From positions 9,114,001-9,178,000 of the forward strand of contig NC_086097.1 in NCBI RefSeq assembly GCF_963921235.1: DNA of 64,000 nucleotides. The letters run 5' to 3'. Made by a program: the position numbers and the translations under genes. Origin of the DNA: Mobula hypostoma. Taxonomy: Eukaryota. The notes under the pieces are model-generated. The model was not told where the DNA came from, ran no database searches, and was given only the letters and a program-made list of their open reading frames with translations. Shown one piece after another: positions 35,588 through 48,342 of this stretch. Numbering within the stretch: the first letter of the stretch is position 1; each line of letters starts with the position of its first letter.

Positions 35588-37430
35588 AGGACAGGATTAA
35601 GGAAAACCCCAAGACATTCTACAAATATGTGAAGAGCAAGAGGATAAGATATGAGAGAGTAGGACTAATCAAGTGTGACAGTGGAAGAGTGTGTATGGAA
35701 CTGGAGGAGATGTTAGAGGTACTTAATAAATACTTTGCATCAGTATTCACTACAGAAAAGGATCTTGGCGATTGTAGGGATGACTTGCAGCTGACCGAAC
35801 AGCTTGAGCATGTAGATATTAAGGAAGAGGATGTGCTGGAGCTTATGGAAAGCATCAAGTTGGTTAAGTCACCAGAACCGAACGGGATGTACACCAGGTT
35901 ACTGTGGGAAGCGAGGTAGGAGATTGCTGAGTCTCTAGCAATGATCTTTGCATCATCAATGGGGACAGGAGAGGTTCCGGAGGATTGGAGGGTTGCAGAT
36001 GTTGTTCCCTTAATCAAGAAAAGGAGTAGAGATAGCCGAAGAAATTATAGACCAGTAAGTCTTACTTCAGTGGTTGGCAAGTTGATGGAAAAGATCCTGA
36101 CAGGTAGGATTTATGAATATTTGGAGAGGCATAATATGATTAGTAGTAGTCAGTATGACTTTGTCAAGGGCAAGTCGTGCCTTACGAGCCTGACTGAATT
36201 TTTTGAGGATGTGACTAAACCCATTGATGAAGATACAGCAGTAGATGTAGTGTATATGGATTTCAGAAAGGCATTTGATAAGGTACCCCATGTAAGGCTT
36301 ATTGAGAAAGTAAGGAGGCATGGGATCCAAGGGGACGTTGCTTTGTGGATCCAGAACTGGTTTGCCCACAGAAGGCAAAGAGTGGTTGTAGACGGGTCAT
36401 ATTCTGCATGGAGGCCAGTGACCAGTGGCGTGCCTCAGGGATCTGTTCTGGGACCCCCTACTCTTTATGATTTTTATAAATGACCTGGATGAGGAAGTGA
36501 AGGGATGGGTAAGTAAATTTGCTGATTATACAAAGGTTGGGTGTGTTGTGGATAGTGTGGAGGAATGCCAGAGGTTAGAGCGGGATATGAATAGGATGCA
36601 AAACTGGGCTGAGAAGTGGCAGATAGAGTTCAACCCAGATAAGTGTGAGGTGGTTCATTTTGGTAGGTCAAATATGATGGCAGAATATAGCATTGATGAC
36701 AAGACTCTTGGCAGTGTGAAGGATCAGAGGGATCTTGGGGTCTGAGTCCATAGGACAGTCAAAGCTGCTACGCAGGTTGACTCTGTGGTTAAGAAGGCAT
36801 ATGGTTCATTAGCCTTCATCAATCATGGGATTGAGTTTAAAAGCCAAGAGGTAATGTTGCAGCTATATAGGACCCTGGTCAGACCCCACTTGGAGTACTA
36901 TGCTGAATTCTGGTCCCCTCACTACAGGAAGGACATGAAAACCATAGAAAGGGTGCAGAGGAGATCTACAAGGATGTTGTCTGGATTGGGGAGCATGCCT
37001 TATGAGAATAGGTTGAGTGAATTCGGCCTTTTCTCCTTGGAGCGACAGGGGATAAGAGGTGACCTGATAGAGGTGTATAAGATGATGAGAGGCATTCATC
37101 GTGTAGATAGTCAGAGGTTTTTCCCCAGGGCTGAAACGGCCAACATGAGAGGACACAGGTTTAAGGTGCTTGGAAGTAGGTACAGAGGAGATGTCAGGGG
37201 TAAGTTCTTTACGCAGAGATTGGTGAGTGCGTGGAATGGGCTGCCGGCGGTGCTGGTGGAGGTGGAAACAATAGGGTCTTTTAAGAGACTCTTGCATGGG
37301 TACATAAAGCTTAGTAAAATAGAGGGCTATGGATAAGCCTAGCTAATTCTAAGGTAAGGACATCTTTGGCACAGCTTTGTGGGCCGAAGGGCCTGTATTG
37401 TGCTGTAGGTTTTCTGTGTTTCTATATTTC
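35588..37430 (+). mobile_element. CR1 LINE, 5' truncated (RT to tail)
   Basis: ORFs 35548-37336 contain VPEDWRVADV, YMDFRKAFD, GVPQGSVLGP, KFAD and LVRPHLEY. Same subfamily as 1-5187 and 57550-62175. Confidence 0.92.
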
Positions 37431-37434
37431 TGCG

Positions 37435-39095
37435 ACGTTATAGGCCAGTTAACCAACCTCAGTGGTTGAGAAAGTGTTGGAGTCTATTATTAACGAAGAG
37501 GTTTTGGTGTACTTGGAGACTAATGATAAAATAAATCAAAGTCAGCATGTTTCTGTGAAGGATAATCTTGACTGACAATTCTGTTAGTGTTCTTCAAGTA
37601 AGTAACAAGCAGGGTGGTAAAGGAGAGGCAGTGGATGTCATTTACTTGGAATTTAAGAAGGCATTTGATATGGTGTTACACCTGAGGTTGATTAACAAGA
37701 TAAGATCCTGTGATGTTACAGGAAAGATACTGGCATGGATCGAGGAATGGCTGACAGGCAGGAGGCAGTGATTGGGAATAAAAGGGGCCTTTACTGGTTG
37801 GCTACCAGTGACTAATGCTGTCCCGCAGGGGTCAGTGTTGGGACTACTGCTTTTCACATTGTTTGTCAATGATTTAGGTAATGGAATTGATGGCTTTGTG
37901 ACAAAGTTTGCAGATGATATAAGTATAGCTGAAAGGGTAGGTAGTGCTGAGGAAGCAATGTGATTGCAGCAGGACTTAAACAAATTGGAAAAATGGACAC
38001 AAAAGTGGTAAATGGAATACAGTGTTGGGAAATATATGATAATGCATTTTGGTAAAAGGAACAATAGTGCAGACTATTATCTAAATGGGGAGAAACATCA
38101 AAGGGGCAGAGGGACTTGTGGAAGACTCCCAGAAGGTTAATTTACAGGTTGAGTCTGTGGTAAAGAAGACAAATGCAATGTTGGCATTTATTTCAAGGGG
38201 AATAGAATATAAAAGCAAGGAGATAATGCTGAGCCTTTAAAAGTCTTTATAATTTAGGCTGCACTTGGAGTATTGTCAACAGTTTTGGGCCCCAAATCTC
38301 AGAAAAGATATGTTGTCATTAGAGAGAGTCTAGTGGAGGTTCACAAGGATGATTCCAGGAATAAAGGGGTTAATATATGAGGAGTGTTTGGCAGTTTTGG
38401 GCCTGTACTCACTGGAATTTAGAAGAATGAGGGAGGATCTCATTGCAACCTACTGAATATTGAAAGGACTAGATAGGGTGTATTTGGAGACGATGTTTCC
38501 TATGTCGGGGGTATCCAGAACTAGAGGGCTCAGCCTCAAAATTGTAGGCCAACATTTTAGAACAGAAGCAAGGAAGATTTTCTTCAACCAGAGAGTGGTG
38601 AATCTGTGGAATGCTCTGCCACAGACTGTGGTGGAAGCCATGTTAGTAGGTATACTTAAGGCAGAAGTTGATCATTTCCTTTTCAGTCAGGGCATCAAAG
38701 GATATGGCAAGAAGGCAGGTGTATGGGGTTGAGTGCGATCTGGGATCAGCCACGATGGAATGGCGGAGCAGACTCAATAGACTGAATGGCCTGATCTTTC
38801 TCCTATGTCTCATGGTCTTATGGCCTAATCCATTGAGAATGGAGATGAAGAGGAATTTCTTTCACCAGGGGATTGTGAAACTGTGGAATTCACTGCCACA
38901 GAAGGCTGCTGAGGGCAAACCATTAGGTATATTTAAGGTAGAGGTTGATAGTTTGTCGATTAGTCAGGGCATCAAAAGTTATGGGGAGAAAGCATAAGAA
39001 TGGAGTTGAGGGGAAAGAATATATCTGTCCTGATGGAATGGTGGAGCAGATTCAATGGGCTAAATGGCCTAATCCTGCTCCCATGCCTTATGGTT
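37435..39095 (+). mobile_element. Older CR1 RT-to-tail fragment plus a second short 3' fragment (~38825-39095)
   Basis: VPQGSVLGLLLF, KFADD, and QRVVNLWNALP followed by a GIVKLWNSLP variant; two tails. Confidence 0.85.
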
Positions 39096-39456
39096 TTTAC
39101 AGACTTATGGATTTTTCTGGATTCTCTCTATCTTTCTCTCCTGGATGTTTACTGTGCGAATGAAGACTTTCATATTTTCTCGTTCCAGCTTGTATGTTGC
39201 TCACTTTTAGTCAGTCAGAACGTGACTCACTGAGTTTGAGCCAACCATCGACAACCTTTTATGTTAATCCACAATATTCAGAGAGAACAGCCACCTCTAA
39301 GCCCACTTGATCTCCCAATGGGCATGCTTCCATTAAAATTGGCCTACTGCTCTCTTCCAACAATTCATTGCTGACTAAAAACTTGTCACATCTTCTGCTC
39401 GGGTTTCCCAGAATTCTGCATCCATTATTGGCAGGAAACAGTCCAGACAAGATACA

Positions 39457-39796
39457 AACAAGAGAAAATCTGCAGATACTGGGCAACACACACAAAATAC
39501 TGGAGGTACTCAGTAGGCCAGGCAGCATCTATAGACAAAAGTATGGTTGATGTTTCGGGCTGGAACACTTCAGCAGGACTGGAGAAAAAATGCTGAGGAG
39601 TAGATTTGGTAAATCCAGGGGCCTTCCCCCACCTTTCAAAACTACTCCTCAGCTTGTTTTCACCAGTCCTGCTGAAGGGTTTCGGCCTGAAACATCAACC
39701 ATACTATTGTCTATAGATGCTGCCTGGCCTGCTGAGTTCCCCCAGCATTTTGTGTGTGTAACTCAGACTTCCAGCATCTGCAGGTTTTCTCTTGTT
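39457..39796. mobile_element. Fold-back element made of two inverted Penelope-type termini, each with a hammerhead motif
   Basis: Arm ~39457-39608 is the reverse complement of ~39637-39796. CTGCTGA...GAAA motifs at ~39664-39700 (+) and ~39546-39582 (-). Confidence 0.82.
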
Positions 39797-39811
39797 ATGT
39801 CAATGCTCATA

Positions 39812-39964
39812 CAACCATCCACCACCTGTTCCCATGGCTTCACCTGACCCTGTTTGGGGGGCTAGACAGGTGCTACACCTTTCCCAAAGGTGACCTGCAA
39901 GCTTGCAGAGGAAAGGAATGCCTTAGAACTCCTTTGATAGAGATCTGTCTCCACCCTGCCACTC
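39812..39964 (-). mobile_element. 5' head of RTE-type non-autonomous element
   Basis: Colinear with 16225-16379. Confidence 0.7.
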
Positions 39965-40285
39965 AAAAAGTACATATATGTCACCATAAATTGCCCTAAG
40001 ATTCATTTTCTTGTGGGCATTCACAGTAAATACAAAGAAACATGATAGAATAAATGAAAAAATGTACACAACAAAGACGGACAAACAATGTGCAAAAGAG
40101 AAAGAGTTGTGCAAATGTAAAAAAGAAAATAAGGAAAAATAATAATAGCAAACAAATAAATAATAAGTACTGTGAATATGAGTTGTAGAGACCTCGAAAG
40201 TGAGTCCATGGATGCGTTATCAGTTCACTGCCGGTATGAGGGAAGTTATCCATTTTGGTTCAAGAGCCTGCTGGTTGAAGCCATT
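39965..40285 (-). mobile_element. Rex1-type 3' UTR fragment
   Basis: aaagtacatatatgtcaccat..agattcattttcttgtgggcat motif shared with ~16650, ~20940 and ~44320. Confidence 0.55.
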
Positions 40286-40291
40286 AAACTA

Positions 40292-42667
40292 GAACATAGA
40301 ACATAGAATAGTACAGCACAGTACAGGCACTTCGGCCCACAATGTTGTGCCGACCCTCAAACCCTGCCTGCCATGTAACCCCCCACCTTAGATTGCTCCA
40401 TATACTTGTCTAGTAGTCTCTTAAACTTCACTAGTGTATCTGCCTCCACCACTGACTCAGGCAGTGCATTCCACGCACCAACCACTCTCTGAGTGAAAAA
40501 CCTTCCTCTAATATCCCCCTTGAACTTCCCACCCCTTACCTTAAAGCCATGTCCCCTTGTATTGAGCAGTGGTGCCCTGGGGAAGAGGCACTGACTATCC
40601 ACTCTATCTATTCCTCTTAATATCTTGTATACCTCTATCATGTCGCCTCTCATCCTCCTTCTGTCCAGAGAGTAAAGCCCTAGCTCCCTTAATCTCTGAT
40701 CATACTCCATACTCTCTAAAACAGGCAGCATCCTGGTAAATCTCCTCTGTACCATTTCCAATGCTTCCACATCCTTCCTATAGTGAGGCGACCAGAACAG
40801 GACACAGTACTCCAAGTGTGGCCTAACCAGAGTTTTATAGAGCTGCATCATTACATCGCGACTCTTAAACTCTATCCCTCGACTTATGAAAGCTAAAACC
40901 CCATAAGCTTTCTTAACTACCCTATCTACCTGTAAGGCAACTTTCAGGGATCTGTGGACATGTACCCCCAGATCCCTCTGCTCCTCAACACTACCAAGTA
41001 TCCTGCCATTTACTTTGTACTCTGCCTTAGAGTTTGTCCTTCCAAAGTGTACCACCTCACACTTCTCCAGGTTGAACTCCATCTGCCACTTCTCAGCCCA
41101 CTTCTGCATCCTATCAATGTCTCTCTGCAATCTTTGACAATCCTCTACACTATCTACAACACCACCAACCTTTGTGTCATCTGCAAACTTGCCAACCCAC
41201 CCTTCTCCCCCCACATCCGGGTCGTTAATAAAAATCACGAAAAGTAGAGGTCCCAGAACCGATCCGTATGGGATACCACTAGTCACAACCCTCCAATCCG
41301 AATGAATTCCCTCCACCACGACCCTCTGCCTTCTGCAGGCAAGCCAATTCTGAATCCACCTGGCCAAACCTCCCTGGATCCCATGCCTTCTGACTTTCTG
41401 AATAAGCCTACCGTGTGGAACCTTGTCAAATGCCTTTCTAAAATCCATATAGGTCACATCCACTGCACTATCCTCATCTATAGGCCTGGTCACCTCCTCA
41501 AAGAACTCTATCAGGCTTGTTAGACACAATCTGCCCTTCATAAAGCCATGCTGACTGTCCCTGATCAGACCACGATTCTCTAAATGCCCACAGATCCTAT
41601 CTCTAAGAATCTTTTCCAAAAGCTGCCCACCACAGACGTAAGGCTCACTGGTCTATAATTACCTGGACTATCTCTACTACCCTTTTTGAACAAGGGGACA
41701 ACATTCTCCTCTCTCCAATCCTCTGGTACCATTCTCGTGGACAACAAGGATATCAAGATCCTAGCCAGAGGCTTAGCAATCTCTTCCCTCACCTCGTGGA
41801 GCAGACTGGGGAATATTCCATCAGGCCCCAGGGACTTATCCGTCATAATGTATCTTAACAACTCCAACACCTCCACTTCCCTAATATCAACATGTTCCAG
41901 AACATCAACCTCACTCATATTGTAGTCACCATCATCAAGTTCTCTCTCATTGGTGAATACCGAAGAGAAGTATTCATTGAGGACCTCACTCACTTCCACA
42001 GCCTCCAGGCACATCTTCCCACCTTTATCTCTAATCGGTCCTACCTTCACTCCTGCCATCGTTTTGTTCTTCACATAATTGAAGAATGCCTTGGGGTTTT
42101 CCTTTACCCTATTCGCCAAGGCCTTCTCATTCCCCTTCTTGCTCATTTCAGCCCCTTCTTAAGCTCCTTTCTTGCTGCCCTATATTCCTCAATAGACCCA
42201 CCTGATCCTTGCTTCCTAAACCTCATGTATGCTGCCTTCTTCCACCTGACTAGATTTTCCACCTCACTTGTCACCCATGGTTCCTTCACCCTACCATTCT
42301 TTATCTTCCTCACCGGGACAAACTTATCCCTAAAGTCCTGCAAGAGATCCCTAAACATCGACCACATGTCCATAGTACATTTCCCTGCAAAAACATCATC
42401 CCAATTCACACCCGCAAGTTCTAGCCTTATAGCCTCATAATTTGCCCTTCCCCAATTAAAAATTTTCCTGTCCTCTCTGACTTTATCCTTTTCCATGATA
42501 ATGCTAAAGGCCAGGGAGCGGTGGTCACTGTCCCCCAGATGCTCACCCACTGAGAGATCTGTGACCTGACCCAGTTCGTTACTTAATATTAGATCTAATA
42601 TGGCATTCTCCCTAGTCGGTCTGTCCATATACTGTGACAGGAATCCGTCCTGGACACACTTAACAAA
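40292..42667 (-). mobile_element. Young CR1 LINE, 5' truncated, antisense
   Basis: Consecutive minus ORFs 42143-42628, 41580-42146 and 40357-41619 (420 aa with KFADDTK) need only two frameshifts; (aacatag)n tail complement. Confidence 0.95.
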
Positions 42668-42704
42668 ATTGAGCAGATGAAAAGTTTATATTTACTTTTG
42701 TAGT

Positions 42705-43672
42705 TGTGATGGGTCTTGAATTACCCTTACAAACTGTGCTTTTGGAAAGAGAAAGAGAGAGTTGTGGAACACAGACACCTTGTTAAAAAGAGAGAGAAAG
42801 AAAGAGAGAGGCAAAGACTGCTCACAGTTTGTTTATACTTTCTACAAGGACACTGGCAGCTTCCAATTTCTTACAGAAAGAGAAGGGAGGAGCTGCTTGA
42901 TGGACAGTTGGTATTGAGTATGGTGAGATAAATAGAAGGTCAGCTGTTACACCTACAGACACATGGTTTTGGACACTGAATGAGCTTTGCTGTGCCCACA
43001 AAAAGGTGGGTTTTTGGAGGATCGATCAGTGCCTCTCGCAGTGTGAAGAGGGTGTGACCGGTGGGGAGTTATTCGTGTGTACACCCTTGCCTGGGTTGAT
43101 AATTCCACCACAGAAGAATGGTCCCCTTTGTTGTGGTCTAAAGGATTTCGGAGGACAACGGGAAGATCGACGGCGTCAGCTCACTTGAAGACTCAAATCT
43201 CTCCCTCTCTCTCCATCACTACTCAACTCAATACCACGAACTGATCTGTGGAATTCTCTGCCGCAGGAAACAGTTGAGGCCAGTTCATTGGCTATATTTA
43301 AGAGGGAGTTAGATATGGCCCTTGTGGCTAAAGGGATCAGGGGGTATCGGGGGAAGGCTGGTACAGGGTTCTGAGTTGGATGATCAGCCATGATCATACT
43401 GAATGACAGTGCAGGCACGAAGGGCCGAATGGCCTACTCCTGCACCTATTTTCTGTTTCTATGTTTCCATGAACTGAACTTTACCCCAGACTTGAAGAAG
43501 CTTGGTTTTAATATAGTTCCACACTTACTTATATATATAATCATTGCTAACCTGTTTGATTTACCTGCATTTATATTACTGTATTGCGTAGTTACTAATA
43601 AATACCATTAGTTAATAGCAATACTGCACTCCAAAATGTTTTCCATTTCTGCTGGATCTTTAACCCGTAACA
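42705..43672 (+). mobile_element. Solo LTR carrying a CR1 3' insertion
   Basis: Imperfect terminal inverted repeat TGTGATGGG...CCCGTAACA; flanks tagt and gagt; AATAAA at 43597-43602. Confidence 0.72.
43245..43466 (+). mobile_element. Short CR1 3' insertion with 11-bp TSD
   Basis: TSD ccacgaactga (43234-44) and ccatgaactga (43467-77). Near-identical to 34525-34745. Confidence 0.88.
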
Positions 43673-44164
43673 GAGTATGTGTCAGTAGTTAACATTACTG
43701 ATCCTATCTTTCTTTTCCATATTTATTTATTGAGTTGAATTCAAGCAACCTTGACAGAGATAAAAATATGTTGGCTGAATCAAAGCCAGTGATGTCACAT
43801 TGTCTTATTGAGTTACACAGAGCAGGGAGTTGTCACATTATTTTGACAGAACTTCCTTCACCACACAGAGGCTTGTCTAGAGTCACACCTTGAGTAAGAT
43901 ACAGTTTTAGCTTCATTTTCTGCCATTTTACACACACTTGGTTTGCTGCCTTACATACAGCATATATTTTGAGATCATTAACTATGGGCCAGGTCTATCA
44001 TTCCTCTGGTATAGTTAAAGAAAGCCAACTGCATATTTCCACACATTTTTTTCTCTCCCATATGGTTCCTAATATTACAAAAATATAATTTCTAGAGTTT
44101 GCCATAGTTTGTAAAAATAGTTTATCTAATTGATTTTAAATTAAATAGTAATATCTTTATTTAT

Positions 44165-44700
44165 CTATTATTTATTTAGAAATACAGAACAGAACGGGGC
44201 CTTCTAGCCCAATGAGCTGCAGGGCCCAGCAACCCAGCTATCTAACCCTAGCCTAGTCACAGGAAAATTTACAATCACCACTTCGTTCAAAGTTCAAAGT
44301 ATCTTTTACTATGAAACTACATATATGTCACCATATATAACTCAGAGATTCATTTTCTTGTGGGCATACTCAACAAATCTATGGAATAGTAACCAAATCA
44401 GAATCAATGACAGACTGCCCAACTGGGGCATTCAACCAGAGCGCAGAAGACAACCAACTGTGTAAATACAGAAAGAAATAAGCAATCATATAAATAAAGT
44501 AACAATGAATATGTACTATTTATTAATTAAATTATTTACCTACTAATAGGTACGTCTTTGGAATGTGAGAAACTGGAGGATCTGGAATTAAACCCATGCA
44601 GTCATGGTGAGAATGTAGAAATTCCTTATAAATGGGGCTGGAAGTGAACTCTGCTCTCTGGAAAACCCCGAGCTGTAGGAGCATTACACTAACTGCTATG
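44165..44700 (-). mobile_element. V-SINE/HE1-like SINE interrupted by a Rex1-type tail (~44285-44530)
   Basis: The two halves are colinear with 31525-31790. Confidence 0.65.
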
Positions 44701-44758
44701 TTACGTGGTGAGGGAGAATTTCAATTATGTGCCTGAAGGTTTAGTTTACAGCAGATAC

Positions 44759-44806
44759 CTTGCAAGAACAAGGATCTTTTCACACACTTCGATCACACTT
44801 TCTGCA
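44759..44806 (-). CDS. Weak candidate 48-nt host exon (xAESVIEVCEKILVLA)
   Basis: Acceptor attttattttgcatgtag|, donor AAG|GTATCT, single open frame (phase 2 to 2), unique sequence. Confidence 0.3.
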
Positions 44807-45214
44807 CTACATGCAAAATAAAATCAAATGGTGATTCTGTAGCAAGCCAATAAATGTGTTGCTAGAAAACTTAACGGGATTTGTGAGCCACCATATACAC
44901 AGGAAAATCTTTCCACTGAGCCAACCAGAGTGTCAGCTGCATTTCTGCGTGGCACCATCATGACAAGAACAGGCTGCTGGTAAATCCGGGGGCCTAGCAA
45001 GTAGGTAAGAGAGGCCTGCGACTGTGGGAGGTTTAGGCTGTAGTACCGAGACCAGGGCCTGGGTCAAATGGGGTTAAGATAATTAGCTATCAGTTCTAAT
45101 TGGACTGTGGGTGGTCAAAACAAGTCAGGGTGTTGCAAATCTACTTGATGCTTTGATTGGTTGCTGTAAGTACGTGGTAACTGAGTTGCTGGCTGTGGTG
45201 AGCAGTCAAGAGGC

Positions 45215-46145
45215 TGGGGTGGTGGATAAGGGAATCAAAAAGTTTGTTGTATGGGTGGGAGGGATCATTGACAATGCTAAGAGCCTTGCATACACAGTGC
45301 TCCAAATAAATATCTCTGATGGATGCAGAAGAGACCTCGAAGGTCTTCTCAGCAGTCCACACAATCCTTTGCGGGGACTTGCAGTCAGATGTCTTGTAAT
45401 TTCTGTACCAGATGGTGGTGCAGCTGATAAGGACACTCTGAATGATGCCGCTGTAAAAATTGGTTAAAATTGGGTTTAGGTAGGCTCGCTTGCTTCAACT
45501 TTCTCAGGAGATGTTGACACTGCTGTGCTTTTTTGACCAAAGGGGTGGTGTTGAGGGACCAGATGAGATCGTCTGCTACGTGCATTCCCAGTTAGCTGTT
45601 CCTAATTTTCTACATGGAGAAGCCATATATATGCAGTGAGGAGCGGTCAGCCAGAACCTTCCTTAATGTCTGCAGTCACCTCTTTAGTCTTGTCCACGAT
45701 TATACTTAAGTTGTTGTGCTCGTACCATTCTATTAGCCTCTGCTCTCTGGTAGCTGTCTCATCATTGTTGTTGATGTGGAAAATCACTGTTGTGTCATCA
45801 GCAAACTCAATAATTCAATCTGAACTGGCTGTGGCTGAACAATCATGTGTCATCAGCATGAATATCAGCAGGCTGATCACACAGCTCTGTGGGCACCGGT
45901 GCTCAGCATGATGGAGCTAGAGATGTTTCTCCCTACATGGACCGACTGTGGCGTTACTATCAAGAAGTCCAGGTCTAGTTACAGAGAGAGGTGTTGAGAC
46001 CCTACATCGACAGTTTACCCATCAGTTTCTGAAACATGACCGTATGAACATCGAGCTGAAGTCAACAAACAGCATCCTGGCATAGGAGGCACCACTTTCC
46101 AAGACAGAATGGAGAGCAGAAGCTATGGCATCTGCACAATTTGAG
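45215..46145 (-). mobile_element. Degenerate Rex1/Babar RT to 3' fragment
   Basis: YARMLFVDFSS, FADDT (revcomp of gtgtcatcagcaaa), LVKKAQQ..HLLRKL. Confidence 0.78.
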
Positions 46146-46187
46146 CAATAAATGAACAAGAAAGAGTCCTTTGTAGCAGGAAGTGTG

Positions 46188-46476
46188 AGGTGGCATGGTA
46201 GAGTAGCAATTAGCACAGTGCTTTACAGTACAAGAGACCCAGGTTCAATTCCCACTGATGTCTGTAACGAATTTCTATGTTCTCCCCGTGACCGCTTAGG
46301 TTTCCTCCAGGTTCTCCGATTTCCTCCCAAAGTCCAAAAACCTATCAGTTGATAGGTTAATTGGTCATTGTAAATTGTCTTGTCAAAAGGCTAGGGTTAA
46401 GTTGGGGGATTGCTGGGTGGTGCAGCTCGAAGGGTCAGAACGGCCTACTCTGCACTGTTTCTCAATAAGTAAATAA
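46188..46476 (+). mobile_element. V-SINE/HE1-like tRNA-derived SINE
   Basis: A-box-like ggtagagtagcaattag, B box ggttcaattcc, V core tatgttctccccgtga..gggtttcc, aataagtaaataa tail. Confidence 0.78.
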
Positions 46477-47146
46477 AGACGGGATTTACTGCAATCCACA
46501 ATCAGCTGCTCAAAGGACTTCACTATCGTTGAGATCAGTGCCACTGGATGGTAACCATTGAGGAATGTTACTATCGCTCTCTTGGGCACTGGGATGATGG
46601 GACAAGACATTCAAAGTAATTGTGTCCAAAGGGTCAGCAGATAAAGTTAATACTGGAGTATTTAAGGAATCATGAACTGCAATGGTCAGAGGAACAGAGT
46701 GATGAAGTGTGGCTATGGATCAGATAAAGATTACAAAATAGGAGCGAAAGATCATGTAGAGATTTGATCACAGTCATTCAGGTCGTAGGCACATTTTATA
46801 TATATATCTAGCTAGAGAGGCCAAGATTTTCTTGCACAGTACTGCAGTAATTTTTATGTGTTGCATGGTACTGTTGCCACAAAAAAAATTAATGACATAT
46901 GTGAGTGTTAAACCTGATTCTGAATAGGGTCCCTTTTGTGGACTCAGAGAGGGAAGGGAGCAGGGAAGGGGAATCATGGTTGGGAAAAAGGGGAGGGAGT
47001 GGAAAGCACCAGGGAGATGTTCTGTAATGGTCAATAAACCAATTGCTTGGTTCTTGGAGAGTTTCAGAATAGTGTGGCTACAGGAAGAAAAGACTTCTAT
47101 ATCACATTTTTTCTACTTTTGCCAATTTTCATCTCAGATTTTATAA

Positions 47147-47225
47147 CAAGGGTTCCTAACCTGGGGTCAAAAGACCCCTTGCTTAATGGCATGGATTCAT
47201 GGCATAAAAAAGTGGGGAACCTCTG
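47147..47225. mobile_element. Possible tiny hAT/Charlie-type MITE
   Basis: Imperfect TIRs caagggttcctaacc ... gtggggaacctctg. Flanks ttttataa and atttatcg match at 5 of 8 positions. Confidence 0.45.
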
Positions 47226-47269
47226 ATTTATCGATGCTAGTTCTGTAGAATTTTGGTGCCCATTTCTTA

Positions 47270-47745
47270 CATGAGGGTGTTGCTAGGGATGGAGAGCTTG
47301 AGTTCTAAGGAGAGGTTGGATAGGCAAGGATTGTTTTCCATGGAGTTTTGGAGACTGTGGGGTGGTGGGGGGGGGGTGGGGGGGATGATCCTCTGGAGCT
47401 TCGTAAAGACATAACAAGGATAGATAGTCTTTTTCCTCAGAATAGAGAAGTCTTAAACTGGAGGGTATAAATTTAGATAAGAGAGGAAATTGGACCTGAG
47501 ATATGATTTTCACACAAAGGATGATGAATTTATGGAATGAACTGCTAGAAATAGTGATAGAGGTGGGTACATTTACATGTTTTACTAAAAAAAATCATTT
47601 GAGTATAATCGTGGATAGGAAAGGTTTAGAGGGATATGGGATACCCACAGACAAATAGGATCATCTCAGCAAGACATCTTGGTCAGCATGGACAATCTGG
47701 GCCAAAAAGTCTGTTTCTGTGCTGCATAAATTTATGTCTTTCTAC
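47270..47745 (+). mobile_element. Old CR1 3' fragment
   Basis: LESLSSKERLDR.GLFS..E, ttatggaatgaactgc and gggccaaa..tctgtttctgtgctg ends. Confidence 0.65.
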
Positions 47746-48051
47746 ATGTCCGACAATGTCACACCAGATCCCTTGTGTTTTCCTTCATCCACCTTTCCTT
47801 TGGCAAGTTGGCAGTCCATTATTAATTAGGAGCTTCACTTCATAAATTTAATCAGTGTCTGTGGCAATCCCGGTGAGATCAGCTGATATTACATAGCCTG
47901 ATCTCTGCATTAAATTGGGTCGCGTGAAACTGATTACCGTTGTTGTAAAAATATGCACTGACAATTTAAAAGGAAATTACAATTTCTTTGTTGCTTGAAT
48001 CACTATGAAAGGTTGGTCCGTGACTCCTGTTTCTGGTTTCTCTCTAGAATC

Positions 48052-48342
48052 ATCACTGTAGCATAGGAGTTAGCGTGACACTATACAGCTCAGAGCAATG
48101 GAGTTTGGAGTTCAATTCCTTTGCCATCTGTAAGGGTTTTGTACGTTCTCTCCATGATCATGTGGGTTTCTGCCAAGTGCACCAGTTTCCACCCATAGTC
48201 CAAAGATGTGCATACCTGTTAGTAGGTTAATTGATCATTGTAAATTGTCCTGTGATTAGGCTGGGGTTAATTAGGTGTGTTGTTGAGTGGTGTGGCTTGT
48301 TGGGCAGGGAAGGAACTATTCCGCACAGCATCTCCAAATAAA
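48052..48342 (+). mobile_element. V-SINE/HE1-like SINE
   Basis: gagttcaattcc B box, tttgtacgttctc..gtgggtttc core, aaataaat tail. Confidence 0.75.

Noticed and set aside
46188..46260. tRNA gene
   Set aside because: The A/B-box-like head runs straight into the V-SINE core and there is no cloverleaf, so it is a SINE head.
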